From Raja brachyura (taxonomy: Eukaryota), in assembly GCA_963514005.1 (NCBI GenBank), contig OY740799.1, forward strand, positions 27,466,001-27,530,000: a stretch of 64,000 nucleotides of DNA, given 5' to 3'. Below the pieces are notes generated by a model. It worked only from the letters and a program-made list of their open reading frames with translations, searched no databases and was not told the DNA's origin. Below are positions 1-11,179 of this stretch, one piece after another (position 1 is the first letter of the stretch; every line of letters begins with the position of its first letter). The translations under genes were made by a program, and so were the position numbers.

Positions 1-178
1 AGGCAGGGAGCGGGGCACCGATGATGTACTGGGTGGTTTTCACCACCCGTTGTAGTGCCTTCCTGTCTGCCAAGGTGCAACTGCTGTACCATACCGTAAA
101 GCAGGTGGTCAGGATGCTTTCGATGGTGCAGCGGTAGAAGTTCGTCAGGATCTGGGGGAACAGGTGGGCTTTTTTGAG
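1..178 (-). mobile_element. Rex1/Babar-like (or L2-like) LINE RT C-terminal fragment
   Basis: Translates LKKAHLFPQILTNFYRCTIESILTTCFTVWYSSCTLADRKALQRVVKTTQYIIG, the typical post-RT region of fish Rex1-like elements. Confidence 0.8.
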
Positions 179-198
179 TAAATAATTGCTGTTATAAG

Positions 199-397
199 TG
201 TTAAAGAAGGAACTGCAGATGCTGGAGAATCGAGGGTTACACAAAAAGCTGGAGAAACTCAGCGGGTGCAGCAGCATCTAAGGAGCAAAGGAGATCCCAG
301 TCTGAAGAAGGGTCTCGACCCGAAACGTCGCCTATCTCCTTCGCTCCTTAGATGCTGCTGCACCCGCTGAGTTTCTCCAGCTTTTTGTGTAACCCCC
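199..397 (+). mobile_element. Palindromic Penelope-type mini-element with hammerhead-like core
   Basis: 62-nt inverted arms 234-295/334-395 (1 mismatch); loop holds CTGAAGA-A-GGGTCTCGACCC-GAAACGTC (302-329); 15-bp TSD aatt(g/a)ctgttataag at 184-198 and 398-412. Confidence 0.8.
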
Positions 398-689
398 AAT
401 TACTGTTATAAGGTTGTCCAACATTAAAGACTGTTTCATGTGACCAACTGGAATAATGTTGACTGTGTAAGGACTTTGAGGCCGTTTCTGAGCACCGTTT
501 CTGGTCCATGCCAGGGCAACTGGACTCTGGAGCAACAGATAATTCCCTCCCAAAGCAAAGGATTATTTGTGTGATGGTCACCCCTTCAAACAAGAACTCA
601 ATCAAGTTAGTAAGATATAATTTGCTGCAAAGCCACGCTGACTGTGCCCGATTATCCCATTCTCTTCCAGATGCGAGTAAATCCTGTAC

Positions 690-1010
690 CCAAGGATCTC
701 TCCAATAGCTTCTCCATCACCAATGTGATCAGCAATTTATAATTGCGTGGATTATCTCTATTTCCCTTCATAAACAAAGAAAAAAACGTTGGGCATCCAC
801 ACCTCCGAGACCTCCTCTATGGCTAGAGAAGATACAAAGATCTTCGTCAAGGCCCCTGCAATCTCCTCTCTTGCCTTTCCCAGTAACCTTGGACAGATCC
901 CATCTGACTCTGGGAATTTGTCCACCATAATGCTCTTCAATTGATCCAACACCACGTCCTCCTTACGTCTACTCTCTTTCTTGAACTCTACTCCAAAAAT
1001 ATTTTGTTCA
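690..1010 (-). mobile_element. Degenerate CR1 LINE fragment
   Basis: ORF 758-1018 contains VDKFPESDGICPRLLGKAREEIAGALTKIFVSSL, homologous to VDKSPGPDRIFPRTLREVSVEIAGAMTEIF of the intact CR1 at 19205-21511. Confidence 0.85.
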
Positions 1011-1109
1011 ACTCCCATTCACCCACCTGCCTTGAACAACCTACCTGCCTTCCAATATTCTTCCTCAGCTCTGAAATTGTAGCAAGACAGAGACAACGAT
1101 AACAACTGG

Positions 1110-1393
1110 GTCAGCAATTCACAATCTGGGAAAATAGATTCCCATGCAATTCCCACACTGTCTTTGCCACACTCCAATATCTCCAGTTTTCTAATCCTAG
1201 TCCTTTCGTTAAAAGCATCACCTTTATTCCACATTATCCGAGTAGTCATCCCGCTCCACTCCACTGAATCACAGTTGTTCTTGTACTCCTTTACTCATCA
1301 TTGGCACTCACTCCCTCCTTCAAAATGTCCCTGACTTTGGAACTCAAACAGAAACTACCGGTACTTCAGCCTGATAACTTGACCCTTCCTTTT
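1110..1393 (+). repeat. Left arm of a long diverged inverted repeat (partner 2689-2938)
   Basis: e.g. caaaatgtccctgactttggaactcaaacagaaactac here vs gtagtttctgtttgagttccaaagtcaagggacattttg in the partner; cccatgcaattcccacactg vs cagtgtgggaattgcatggg. Confidence 0.85.
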
Positions 1394-2404
1394 AAAGGCC
1401 TTGCTTATTCCCATTCTTTTCGCTTGCTTGATATCCTTCCAGTCCTTTTGCAAATTCCTCTGAGAGGTTCTTCTGCAAAAGACGTTTTAAAAATCCATAC
1501 TCTTCGAACTTGGAGGAATGGAAGTTGTAACAATGAGAACACTATTGCCATCCCATGGAGAGGAGAGAATATAATTGAAGACAGAGTTAGTGGCATTATG
1601 GTGAGGGATCAGAGGGAATATTAAAGGGCGACCTTGAGGTTGCCTGCACAATGGTGCGAAGGCAGACATCTCTGCGACAAACTCGGCAAATGATGTTTCC
1701 TGATAATGGTGGGTCCATGCCCTCTGATTCCACCATCTCTTGAAAATACGCTACTGCGTGTCCAAATTATCAATTCATTTATTTTTAATCCCAAAAAAGA
1801 TGCCAGTTTCTGTAAGGAGCTCATTTAGTATTGCTTTTTACTGAGTCAATGACTAGGTTCAGTTGTAACTGAGATCCTGGCTTTTTGTTGCATATAAAAC
1901 CTTTACGTTCTCAGAACCTACAAAATTGCTTCATTTAAAAAGCATTCAGCCCCCAATTCATTGCCTTGATTTTTGTTTTCAAGCAGCAAGAGAATTGCAA
2001 AATTCCTGCAATGACTGACTGTTTTGGTGGATTGCCATACAGTTGCACATCATTAGATTGTCATCAAAATTACAATACATGCAAACTTAGTTCTTTCATT
2101 ATTTTTCTAGGTACGCATATAGCTTGAATTAGCAATTTTATGCAAATAGACTGATGTACGATGCATAAATAAGTATTGAATTTTAACGAAGGAATATAAA
2201 GGAATATTAGGCTGGCAGCTGTTTTACAACATTAAACTACTTTATTACTCTATATTACCATAAAAATACTATCTAAGTCTCCAGGTACCAAAGACACAAA
2301 GGTAATGTCGCTAAGTTTAGAGAACTTAGGAAAAAAAAGTCAGCACATTACAAATTTCACAGCCACAATACATACGTCAAAGCTGGGTAAGAATGGGAAT
2401 AAAT

Positions 2405-2690
2405 GGGGCCACGGTGGCTTGCAGCGCCGGAGACCCGGGTTCGATCCCGAGAACGGGTGCTGTCTGTACGGAGTTTGTACATTCTCCCCGTGGCTGCGTG
2501 GGTTTTCTCCGAGATCTTCAGTTTCCTCCCACACTCCAAAGACGTAAAGGTATGGAGGGAGGTAAATGGGCTTGGTGTATGTGTAAATTGTCCCTAGTGA
2601 GTGTAGGATAGTGTTGATGTACGGGGATCGCTGGTCGGCGCGGACTCGGTGGGCCAAAGGGCCTGTTTCCGCGCTGTATCTATAAACTAA
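2405..2690 (+). mobile_element. HE1/V-SINE-type tRNA-derived SINE
   Basis: B-box gggttcgatccc; V-SINE core gtttgtacattctccccgtg..ttcctcccacactccaaagac; CR1-like tail gggcctgtttccgcgctgtatc. Confidence 0.85.
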
Positions 2691-2938
2691 AAGAAAGGGA
2701 AAAGGTATCGGGCTGTAGTAGTTTCTGTTTGAGTTCCAAAGTCAAGGGACATTTTGAATGAGGGAGTGACTGAGGGAGTACAAGAACAAATCACAGTACA
2801 GGAGTGGAGGGGGATAACTACTCAGATAGCATGGAATAAAGGTGAGGCTTTTTATGTAAGGACTAGGATTAAAGAAACTGGAGATATTGGAGTTTGGCAG
2901 TGTGGGAATTGCATGGGAAACTATTTCAAATTACTGAC
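2689..2938 (-). repeat. Right arm of long diverged inverted repeat (partner 1110-1393)
   Basis: Reverse complement aligns along its length with 1110-1393, with small indels. Confidence 0.85.
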
Positions 2939-3437
2939 TGCCACCTGTAGTAAGGCTTTTAAGCTATTTTTTCCCCCAAGTGACTTCCATCTTCGTCCAA
3001 CTGACAGTTCATATGAGGATTTCAATGGCAGATCAAGCATCCCTTAAGTGAGTCGTAATTTACAGGGCTATTCAGATGGGTTTGATTTCAGGGCATTTTT
3101 AAAAAAGATAAAAGTGGAAAATTAAATTATTCCATTGTCATGACAAGCCCAATTTCTAATATTCTATATCCTCTAATTCATTTGGGTACCGTATATAAAT
3201 AATACATTAACCAAGCAAGGCAAATGACATTTGAGCTCTTTTCAAAGTGTAGGGATTGTTTTTTATATACAGGTCCACCACCGATTTGAAATCCCCCTAA
3301 AAAATGTGGAACCTAGGCCAGATAAGGCCACCGACCTTGACCTCATCTTGATTTCCGTGACTGATCGGCAGGTCAAATTTACCCCCGGCAACCGGTGCTC
3401 TGCAACTCTGGACCATGTAGCAGATCTGTCCTCATAA

Positions 3438-3735
3438 AGGGCCTGTCCCACCAGCATGCGACTCCATGCGGCAAGCGTGACCTAACGTGGTCGCTTAAGC
3501 CGTGCGGCCTCGCGGGGCCGGTCACACTTCGATCGCTGGAGCCGTATGGAGTTGTGCGGAGATGGTCCCGACATCGTGCGGGGCTCCGAAAAACTGACAC
3601 TGTTCAAAAATTCTGCGCGGCATCGGCCTGTCGGCCCGCAGCCGCCTCAACGCCGTACAGACCGCCTCGACGGGCGTGTGCAACTTCTCGACGCTATATG
3701 CAGCGTCTCGACAGGGAGAAGAAGAGCTTTCAGCC
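3438..3735 (+). mobile_element. Harbinger-like GC/CpG-rich MITE fragment
   Basis: Begins taa|agggcctgtcccac, the same terminus as the TAA-flanked element at 34417-35566; the other end was not found. Confidence 0.6.
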
Positions 3736-3749
3736 TCAGAACAGAGATG

Positions 3750-4650
3750 GTCTGGTCAACAGGGCAGAATTTTATCCACAGCAGTGCGAGGTCTTGCATT
3801 TGGGAGGTGCAACAGGGATGTAATGCCAATAGACAATAGGTGCAGGAGTAGGCCATTCGGCACTTCAAGCCAGCACCGCCATTCACTGTGATCATGGCTG
3901 ATCATCCACACTCAGTACCCCCTTCCTGCCTTCTCCCCATATCGCCTGACTCTGCTATTTTTAAGAGCTCTATCTAACTCTCTCTTGAAAGCATCCAGAA
4001 AATTGGCCTCCGCCGCCTTCCGAGACAGAGAATTTCTCAGATTCACTACTCTCTGGGTGAAAAATGTTCTTCATTTCTAATACCGAGGTTTCATAAGGTG
4101 TTGGCCAGAATGCATTTGGGGCATTGTGAGCAGTTTTGGGCCCGGTATCTGAGGAGAGACGTGCCTGTGTTGGAGAGCATGCAGAGGACGTTTACGAGAA
4201 TGATCCCGGGGTTAACTTATGCTGAGCATTTAATGGTTCTGGGCCTGTTCTTGCTGGAGTTTAGAAGGATGAGGAGGGATCTCATTGAAACGTACCAAAT
4301 CATGAAACACCTGGATAGAGTGGATGCGGAGAGGATGTTTAAACTAGTGTAGAGTCCAGGACCAATGGGTACAGTCTCCGAATAAACAGATGTATCGTTA
4401 GAAAGGAGGTGATGGGAAATGTCTTTAGCCAGAAGGTGGTAAATCTGTAAATTTATTGCCATAGATAGCTGTGGAGACCATTGGGTATTTTTAAAGTGGA
4501 AAATTACAGATTTTTGATTAGTACGGGAGTTAGGGGCTATGGGGAGAAGGTGGGAGGATGAGGTTGAGAGAGAAAGATAGATCAGCCATGATTGAATGGT
4601 GGAGTGGACTGAATGGTCTAATTCTGTTCCTATGACATGAACATTAATAC
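3750..4650. mobile_element. CR1 LINE 3' fragments: plus-strand copy interrupted by an inverted 3' end at about 3830-4070
   Basis: ORF 4098-4352 has EQFWARYLRRDVPVLESMQRTFTRMIPGL..RRMRRDLIETYQIM; the inverted tail reads caataggtgcaggagtaggccattcggc. Confidence 0.8.
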
Positions 4651-4819
4651 TTTATGGAAATATACAATAAACAGCAGTCTATGGAAAGAGACCTTGGAGT
4701 AAATGTCCATAAGATCTAAAAAATAGCAGAACTGTTTAAGAGGTGGTTTAAAAGGCATGGTGCATATATTATTAGCTGAGAAATAAAGATACAAGTGCAG
4801 GAGGATTTGCGAGAAGTCA

Positions 4820-5090
4820 ATTTAGTTTTAGTTTAGAGGCAGCAGCGCGGAAACAGGCCCTTCAGCCCGCAGACCAGCAATCCATGCACATTTGCATTAT
4901 GCTACACACACTAGTGACAATTCTCAATTTTACCAAGCCAATTAGCCTACAAACCTGTACATCTTTGGTGTGTGGGATGAAACCGGAGCACCCAGAGAAA
5001 ACCCACGCAGGTCATGGGGAGAACGTGCAAACTCCATACAGACAGCACCCACAGTCAGAATTGACCCCGGGTCTCTGACGCTGTAAGGCT
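4820..5090 (-). mobile_element. HE1/V-SINE-type SINE
   Basis: Reverse complement of the 2405-2690 family, with (tttag)n tail. Confidence 0.8.
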
Positions 5091-5139
5091 GTGATGTCCC
5101 AGTTGCATAGTCCAGATTTATTGATTTTTTTGTATCAAG

Positions 5140-5520
5140 ACAGCTGAAGGGAAGCCTGGCAACTGCAGATGCTGGAATCTTCAGCAAGTGCTGGAGTAAC
5201 CCTGTAGGTCAGGCAGCATCTGTGAAGAGAAAAGTTAGGCGGTGGTTTGGGTTGGGACCCTTCTTCAGACTGATTGGAGTAGGGGAGAAAGTTGGAACAA
5301 AAAAGGTGGGGGCAAAAGCTGCAAAAGAGAAGCAGGACAAACCGTGAAAGTGATAGTTGGGTGTAGGTGAGGACGTTTGATTGCCCCCACCCCCACATCC
5401 TTTCTCTTTCCAGTGATCCTCCCACCTCTAGTGCTTATTTATTTATTCCATTACCCCTCCTCTTCCCCTCACATCGCTGAACCCTTCCACCCATATCACT
5501 CCTGTTTCTCTTGGCTGACA
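5140..5520 (-). mobile_element. Degenerate Penelope-type element with eroded hammerhead-like core
   Basis: aactgcagatgctgg..ggcagcatctg..gggttgggacccttcttcagact, same family as 199-397. Confidence 0.65.
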
Positions 5521-5599
5521 TTTAAGAAAACATACGAGTCATAGATTTAAAGTAATATGGTTTTTTCCAGCCAAATTGTCGCTGGTATCTGGTACTTAC

Positions 5600-5694
5600 G
5601 AAGGGACTCGACCTAAAACGCCTCTCCCGCTGAGTTACTCCAGCATTTGTGTCTATCTTCAATTTAAACTTGCATCTGCAGTTCTTTCCTACAC
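5600..5694 (+). mobile_element. Truncated Penelope-type mini-element
   Basis: 13-bp TSD atctggtacttac at 5587-5599 and 5695-5707; gaagggactcgacctaaaacg..gcatctgcagttc. Confidence 0.75.
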
Positions 5695-5788
5695 ATCTGG
5701 TACTTACTGCTGTTCCCACAGTATGGTCTACTAGACTCCATAAATAATGTCCGATCAGTGACTACCTCAACTCTGCAATTACCTAGCA

Positions 5789-5985
5789 ACCCTGTGGCCA
5801 TTAGATGAATTCTTAAGAAACTGGTTCCTATTCATGTAGGGTGGATAAGTGATGGTACTGAGGCAGCGACTGACAGACAGGCAACATGGGGAGGAGAATG
5901 TCAAAGGTTCCAACATTTAAGGACATTTTCCTTGCATTTATGAAAATATTACATGATTGCCTTCCTAGCCTTTTTTAAGTATAAA
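5789..5985 (+). repeat. Copy 1 of an about 195-bp diverged direct repeat (copy 2 at 7254-7449)
   Basis: Shared blocks accctgtggccattag, aactggtt..ctattcatg, ctgacagaca, acatttaaggacattttccttgcatttatga. Confidence 0.85.
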
Positions 5986-6564
5986 GGCAGCTTGTGAATA
6001 AAGAACCAGTGCTTCTTTTTGAGTGGATTTGAATGTGTTGTTGAGTCATTCAATGATGCAGCACAAAAACAGGCCTTATGCCCCAAGCTTACTTGAGGTA
6101 CTCATTTACTAGAACAACATTTTTTGTTTTAAGTTAGTGTGAGAATGATATGGAGAATTAAAATGGTAAACAACTGGAAGCACAGAGACAACTCTGTGCA
6201 CAACCGTCTCCAGTCCATGTTTGGTTTCTCCAATGCAGAGGAAACCACATTCTGAGCATTAAATGCAAAACATTAGATTTGGGGGGGGGGGGAGAAACAA
6301 TAGCGTTGCTGCTTCACCTGCCATGTGTGTCCTGTCACGATGGGAAGCTCCTGCATTTACATGGAAATGTGTGCGATTGGTGGAAATGGAAGGGATCAGG
6401 GAATCGCTGAGGACCCGGTCCCTTGGAGGAGGGGTCGACTGCATGTCAGCAGGTTGAATTACAGTAAACTCACAGAAATTGCACAGGATAATGAGTTTGG
6501 AGGATGGTTGGATAGAAAGTGAAGACCAAGGGAAGTCTATTTTTGCTCCAGCTATGGGAGGGGG

Positions 6565-6720
6565 TAATAAATGAATGATTCTTTATTGTCTCGTGTATCT
6601 AGGTACAGTGCAATGCTTTGTTTTGCATCCAACCGAGGCAGTACACAAGTGTCGCCTCGCCGGGTGTTAGCGCCGACAAAGTTACAAAAGTACCGAATAG
6701 TCCTATCTACTGCCTGCCAC
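6565..6720 (-). mobile_element. LINE/SINE 3'-end fragment (family also at about 24860-24985 and 28530-28655)
   Basis: Shared motif tgtaactttg..gcgcc..gcaa.caaag.at..cactgt.cct.g..aca.g.gacaataaag. Confidence 0.6.
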
Positions 6721-7253
6721 CGCCTGAGAAATAGATGAGATGCGGTAACGGGAAAGCCACCTTGAAGGGTAAATGAAGACAGTGCAGGAATACATAGTTT
6801 GAGATAGAAAATGGAAAATAAACAAGGTTAACTTGTCACTATGGAAGCTTATACATGAAGCACAAACAGAGAGGCCCTGATGGTTAATTTATATTTTAGA
6901 AGATTATTTGTGGGTCATGTTGGCTAGAATGTTTCTTCTAATTTTCACAAGGGAGCCTTGGGCAAGTCTGGCTGCCATCATTAACCAGTGAGATACAGCA
7001 AGAGTGAAGGTAGGAAGGAAAATCTATATGAAAACCTAGCAGCAAAAGGCAAAGCAGTGTGAAGGTCACGATATGCATATTTCATTTAGGTCCTCGCTTA
7101 GAAAACTCAGAAGTAAGGACACAGCTTTATAAGATTCATGCTGAGGAATCCGATAATTGAGTGCCAGACTTGGTCACTGTGGAAAATGTAATTTAAGAGG
7201 TGAACTAGTTCAATGCATTTTAGCTGCACTGAGTAATTGCTTAGATTAATAGG

Positions 7254-7449
7254 ACCCTGTGGCCATTAGCTGCATTCTTAAGGAACTGGTTTCTATTCAT
7301 GCACGGTGGATAAATGTGAGCTGATACTAAGGCAGCAACTGACAGACATGGGTGAGATGAGGAAGACGGCCCAAGGTTCTTACATTTAAGGACATTTTCC
7401 TTGCATTTATGATATTATATGGCTTGCCTTTCTAGCAATTTATATAAAA
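7254..7449 (+). repeat. Copy 2 of the about 195-bp diverged direct repeat
   Basis: See copy 1 at 5789-5985. Confidence 0.85.
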
Positions 7450-7924
7450 CACCTTCACAAATCCATTTATATCACAATGATTAGAAGCCAAGCACACTCG
7501 TGCACCTGTAATTAGATAATTCAGTCAGCATACATTTGTTCAGACAACTGGGAAGAGTCACCTTGCTGCAGCACCTAATTGTGCATTATATTTACCCAGG
7601 CCTTTTGTCCACATTATTCAGACCTGACATTTTCCTGTGTTGCTTATAGTCTAAATGAATAGCATCTTCCTGACATCAGTAATTCATGTACTTGGACCAG
7701 CATGCCCTGGATCTTTTTCATAGTTCTGGGATGACCTTCTCACCCCTTTTATTACTTTGCATAGCTCTATTTCAACAATATAAAGTGGACATGGTACTTC
7801 AGAGGTGCTCCAACCAGATCACGGTACATTTTAAACCCGTCTTCCTGCATCCAAAATTAAACTGCTCTATCTATTTGGATTATGCCCCCCTGCTTCTGTT
7901 AATTGCTGTTTTAGGGATGCTGCG

Positions 7925-8185
7925 TGGAAACAGGCACTTTGGCATACCGAGTCCGCTACGACCACCGATCACATGTACATACTAGTTCTATCCTACACAC
8001 TAGGGACAATTTACAGAAGTCAATTAACCTACAAACCTATGGAATGTGGGAGAAAACTAAAGCTCCTGGAAAAAAACCCACACGGTCACAGGAAGAACAT
8101 ACAAACTCTGTACGGATAGCAGCTGTAGTCAGGATGCGGGTCTCTGGCACTATAAGGCAGCAACTGCTGTGCCACTATGCCACCT
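7925..8185 (-). mobile_element. HE1/V-SINE-type SINE
   Basis: atcctacacactagggacaatttac..ggaatgtgggagaaaact..tacaaactctgtacggatagc. Confidence 0.8.
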
Positions 8186-8620
8186 GCCCTGTTCTCTATA
8201 GATTGGGCACATTTTCAGCATATAGCCTAATGAATCTGAGAGGCTTTTTTTCCAAATCCATTCTTGACGATTTCATTGCCGTTTATGGAGTAAGCGTCAA
8301 TTCCAAAGTGAAACTGTCTCAAAGTATTCAATTTCAATAAAAACAACTCACAGCTGTTTAATACAATGGGGAGGAAAACTCTTCAGCGGCTTATTTTGAC
8401 AACATCTGTTATTTGCAATGAAACAAATGAAGGAATGTTTCATCGATGGCACAATTACAAGGTGATCTCATTACTAGTCACCTAGTGCCTACAGCATAAC
8501 TGCAACTTCAATTTGTACAGGAAGGTTTGGCAGCAAAAACAACTTTAGTAAACTTTCCAACAGATGGCAGCCGAAAAGCATATATTATAAAACCATAAAC
8601 AAGGAATTCTTACAGAACCA

Positions 8621-8626
8621 TTTATT
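8621..8626 (-). terminator. Candidate polyadenylation signal AATAAA
   Basis: tttatt on the plus strand at the distal edge of the unique AT-rich tract. Confidence 0.45.
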
Positions 8627-9927
8627 TCAAATAAAAATCTGCATGACTTTTTACAAGACTATCTCTCATTTTAGAATAAACATGATCCAAAGCTTGCAGA
8701 TTTTATAGGCTTAAGTTACATTTGGATCCATTTATATTTTCTGCATTTACACAAAAGTTTTACATGATACCAAAAACAATTATGCACAACTTTCAATATG
8801 TAAACAGTCAACATATCTAATGTACATCAACAAGAATGGCAACTGCTGTTTTTTGTGATCGGGAGTATTAAGAAAATAAATCGCATTAGTTGAAAACTAC
8901 TAGTTGATGTTTCATTTTTTACAAAGTTGTTTATAATATTTTAAACTTAAGTTTGTTGCTAGTGCGTATCCTTCAAGGAATGCAAACTAGCAAATTCACT
9001 TCTTACACAGAAGCTGAAAAATTAGCCCTCAATAAACATTCCCACATTAAGAGTACACAAAGGAAGCTTGGCAAATGTTCGTACCAGGAAACTATATATC
9101 ATAAACGAGTTACTATTTATATACCAGTGTTTGCAGCAATAATAATGTTCAATTAAAAGTTTCAATGAAGTAAACCTTGAGCAAACCCAAGGTAAATGTG
9201 AAAAATATTACACATGGTCAGGTATTTTTATGAAGTCAACATAAATTCTATGCGCACATGTAAAAATAAAATGGGCCGTAAAATCTTAAGTATTGATAAC
9301 TGGTAGCTCTGCAGTTTATTGAAGGTTATATCCATTAGAGGTTTGTTGCCCATCATATTTAAGCTACATTCCAATGATTTTGATGGTGAATTCGGAGAGT
9401 GTGAGCTATGGCCGGGGCAGCTGCTACATCCGATCACTGAAGTGACACGAAGAACGTGTGCCACGTCAGAAAGGAATGGGATTTTCTTCCCCCTGCAGGA
9501 TGGTTTATATGGGCATCTGTCATCAGATTCATTGCATTTTATCTAGAAGGTGTGTGAAAAAAATTAAGCTTCAATGCAGGTAACCCCTATCCTGAACTGA
9601 AGCAAGAAATGAATGAGAAAATAAATCATCAAAGCAGATGTACATTATCTTTAAATCCATAATTACTGAGATCTGGAATATGGGTCCATATCTGTGACAA
9701 CTATCAACAATTTTCCAAACTATTCTCTATCTGGACATTGAACAAATTTGCACGTGGAGAGCAGGAATATCAGATGATATAATGAACACCCCTTCCACGC
9801 AAGTCCCAAAGAGTGTGCGTTGAAGATTGATTCAACCATTTTTTAAAAAGGGGTCAAGCCAAAAAATCAATAAATATAATTGGTATTTAAAAAGATGCTC
9901 TTTCACACACAGAAAATTGTCAAAAAG

Positions 9928-10012
9928 GGACACAAAGTTGCGGAGTAACTTAGCGGGTCATGCAGCATCTCCACAGAACAAGGATAGGTCACATTTTGGG
10001 TCGAGACTCTTT
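9928..10012 (-). mobile_element. Degenerate Penelope-type mini-element inside the probable 3'UTR
   Basis: gacacaaagttgcggagtaacttagcgggtcatgcagcatct..gggtcgagactctt; catalytic core residues lost. Confidence 0.65.
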
Positions 10013-10987
10013 GCCAAGTCTGGAAAAACTGTCAAGGGCAAACTTTCTGGAAGGAGCCAGCAGGCAGTAAGTATCAGGATAAGTACGTGGATGTAGCATT
10101 CAATATCTATCTACCAGTTGGAAGATTTGTTCAACACACATAGCTCATGTAGCTGTATGGCCACATTGCAATAAAGCCTGAAGGAGGAGTGGGAGTGAAA
10201 AATTCAAAATAAAATGATCTGAATAGGTTGTTACTTACAACAAAAGAATTATTAAAAAAAAATAGAATTTATGTCTGTAATTACATTTTAGCACCAGTGG
10301 AAACACTGGCTGAGATTTTGTCTGCAGTGGTTTGTGACATAGCATGCAAATATTTAACCGACCTACAGAAGCCTCTGAACAATTACTTAATCATTATTAT
10401 TTTAGATCCATACTTGAGGTTGAGGGTGTAATTTAATCACTTAGGTATTTTTTTATTCTAATAAAAAGACATTGATCTGATAACTTTGTTTCCCGTCTCA
10501 GAATTTCTGTCTAACTTGCTCAACATTTGCTGCATTTCTGCTCAACCTTAACTTCCTAATTCCTTTTGAAAATATTACTTCAAACAATACTAGTCATCTG
10601 AAATGGACACTGAAAAGTATACAATCTTGGCATTCAGATTTTGCATGTTTTACTTCAAATTTTATCTTACATTGTTTTTTCTTTTCATTAAAAAAACACT
10701 TAATTTTACACTACTTCAATGTAATCTAACATTTAAAATGTCTGTAAACAAATGCCAAAAGTGCTTACTGTGCCGGGATTACTATGATAGTAACAGCACT
10801 TCTGTGCAAAACTCTCACCAAAATGTAAAATAACTAAACAGCAAGTTAAAAAATATTTAGATAGTAAACCATCTATTCCAATTGGGTACAAAATCCATCG
10901 CAAATATCATCAAACAGATAATAGAGGTCTAATTGCTCATTTCAACATTATTGTACACATGAAGAATTCCTTATTGACACCATGTGG

Positions 10988-11089
10988 TTAGGGTTCATTA
11001 CTGGATATGCTGGATGCTATTTTGGTATATTGACAGTTTATTGCTTCAAAGGCTTCATCTCTGTGTAACATAGCACCAAATACCAGCGG
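10988..11089 (-). CDS. GRAMD4: GRAMD4 last coding exon (CDS part incl. TAA)
   Basis: gcttttcttcag|CCGCTG..; PLVFGAMLHRDEAFEAINCQYTKIASSISSNEP*. Confidence 0.95.
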   Translation of the reverse strand, partial: PLVFGAMLHRDEAFEAINCQYTKIASSISSNEP

Positions 11090-11179
11090 CTGAAGAAAAG
11101 CAAACAAATAAAAACATATCAAAGAAAAATCCATTACAAATGTAACAAGCATGCTAACCAAAAAGCTCTCTGTAACACC

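Larger units (their letters stand above)
8600..10987 (-). other. GRAMD4: Probable GRAMD4 3'UTR
   Basis: AT-rich, largely repeat-free tract after the stop; AATAAA on the minus strand at 8621-8626, with other candidates near 9315 and 10452; the end point is inferred. Confidence 0.55.

Noticed and set aside
2405-2460. tRNA-like A/B-box sequences (also near 11630, 47145 and 53700)
   Set aside because: These are SINE heads followed by V-SINE core and CR1-like tail, not complete cloverleaf tRNA genes.
3395-3895. Overlapping GC-rich ORFs (142, 97 and 82 aa)
   Set aside because: They lie in a GC-rich MITE fused to a CR1 fragment; stop-poor composition explains them.
1-8600. Expected 3' exons of CERK (convergent neighbour of GRAMD4 in human)
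   Set aside because: No plus-strand exon encoding a recognisable CERK C-terminus was found by eye.
9499-9549. Plus-strand acceptor/donor pair (ttttcttccccctgcag|51 nt|gtgtgt)
   Set aside because: Weak donor, no recognisable peptide, no supporting plus-strand exons.
9928-10012. Active ribozyme in the GRAMD4 3'UTR
   Set aside because: This family copy lacks CUGAAGA and has AAAA in place of GAAA, so the core is dead.
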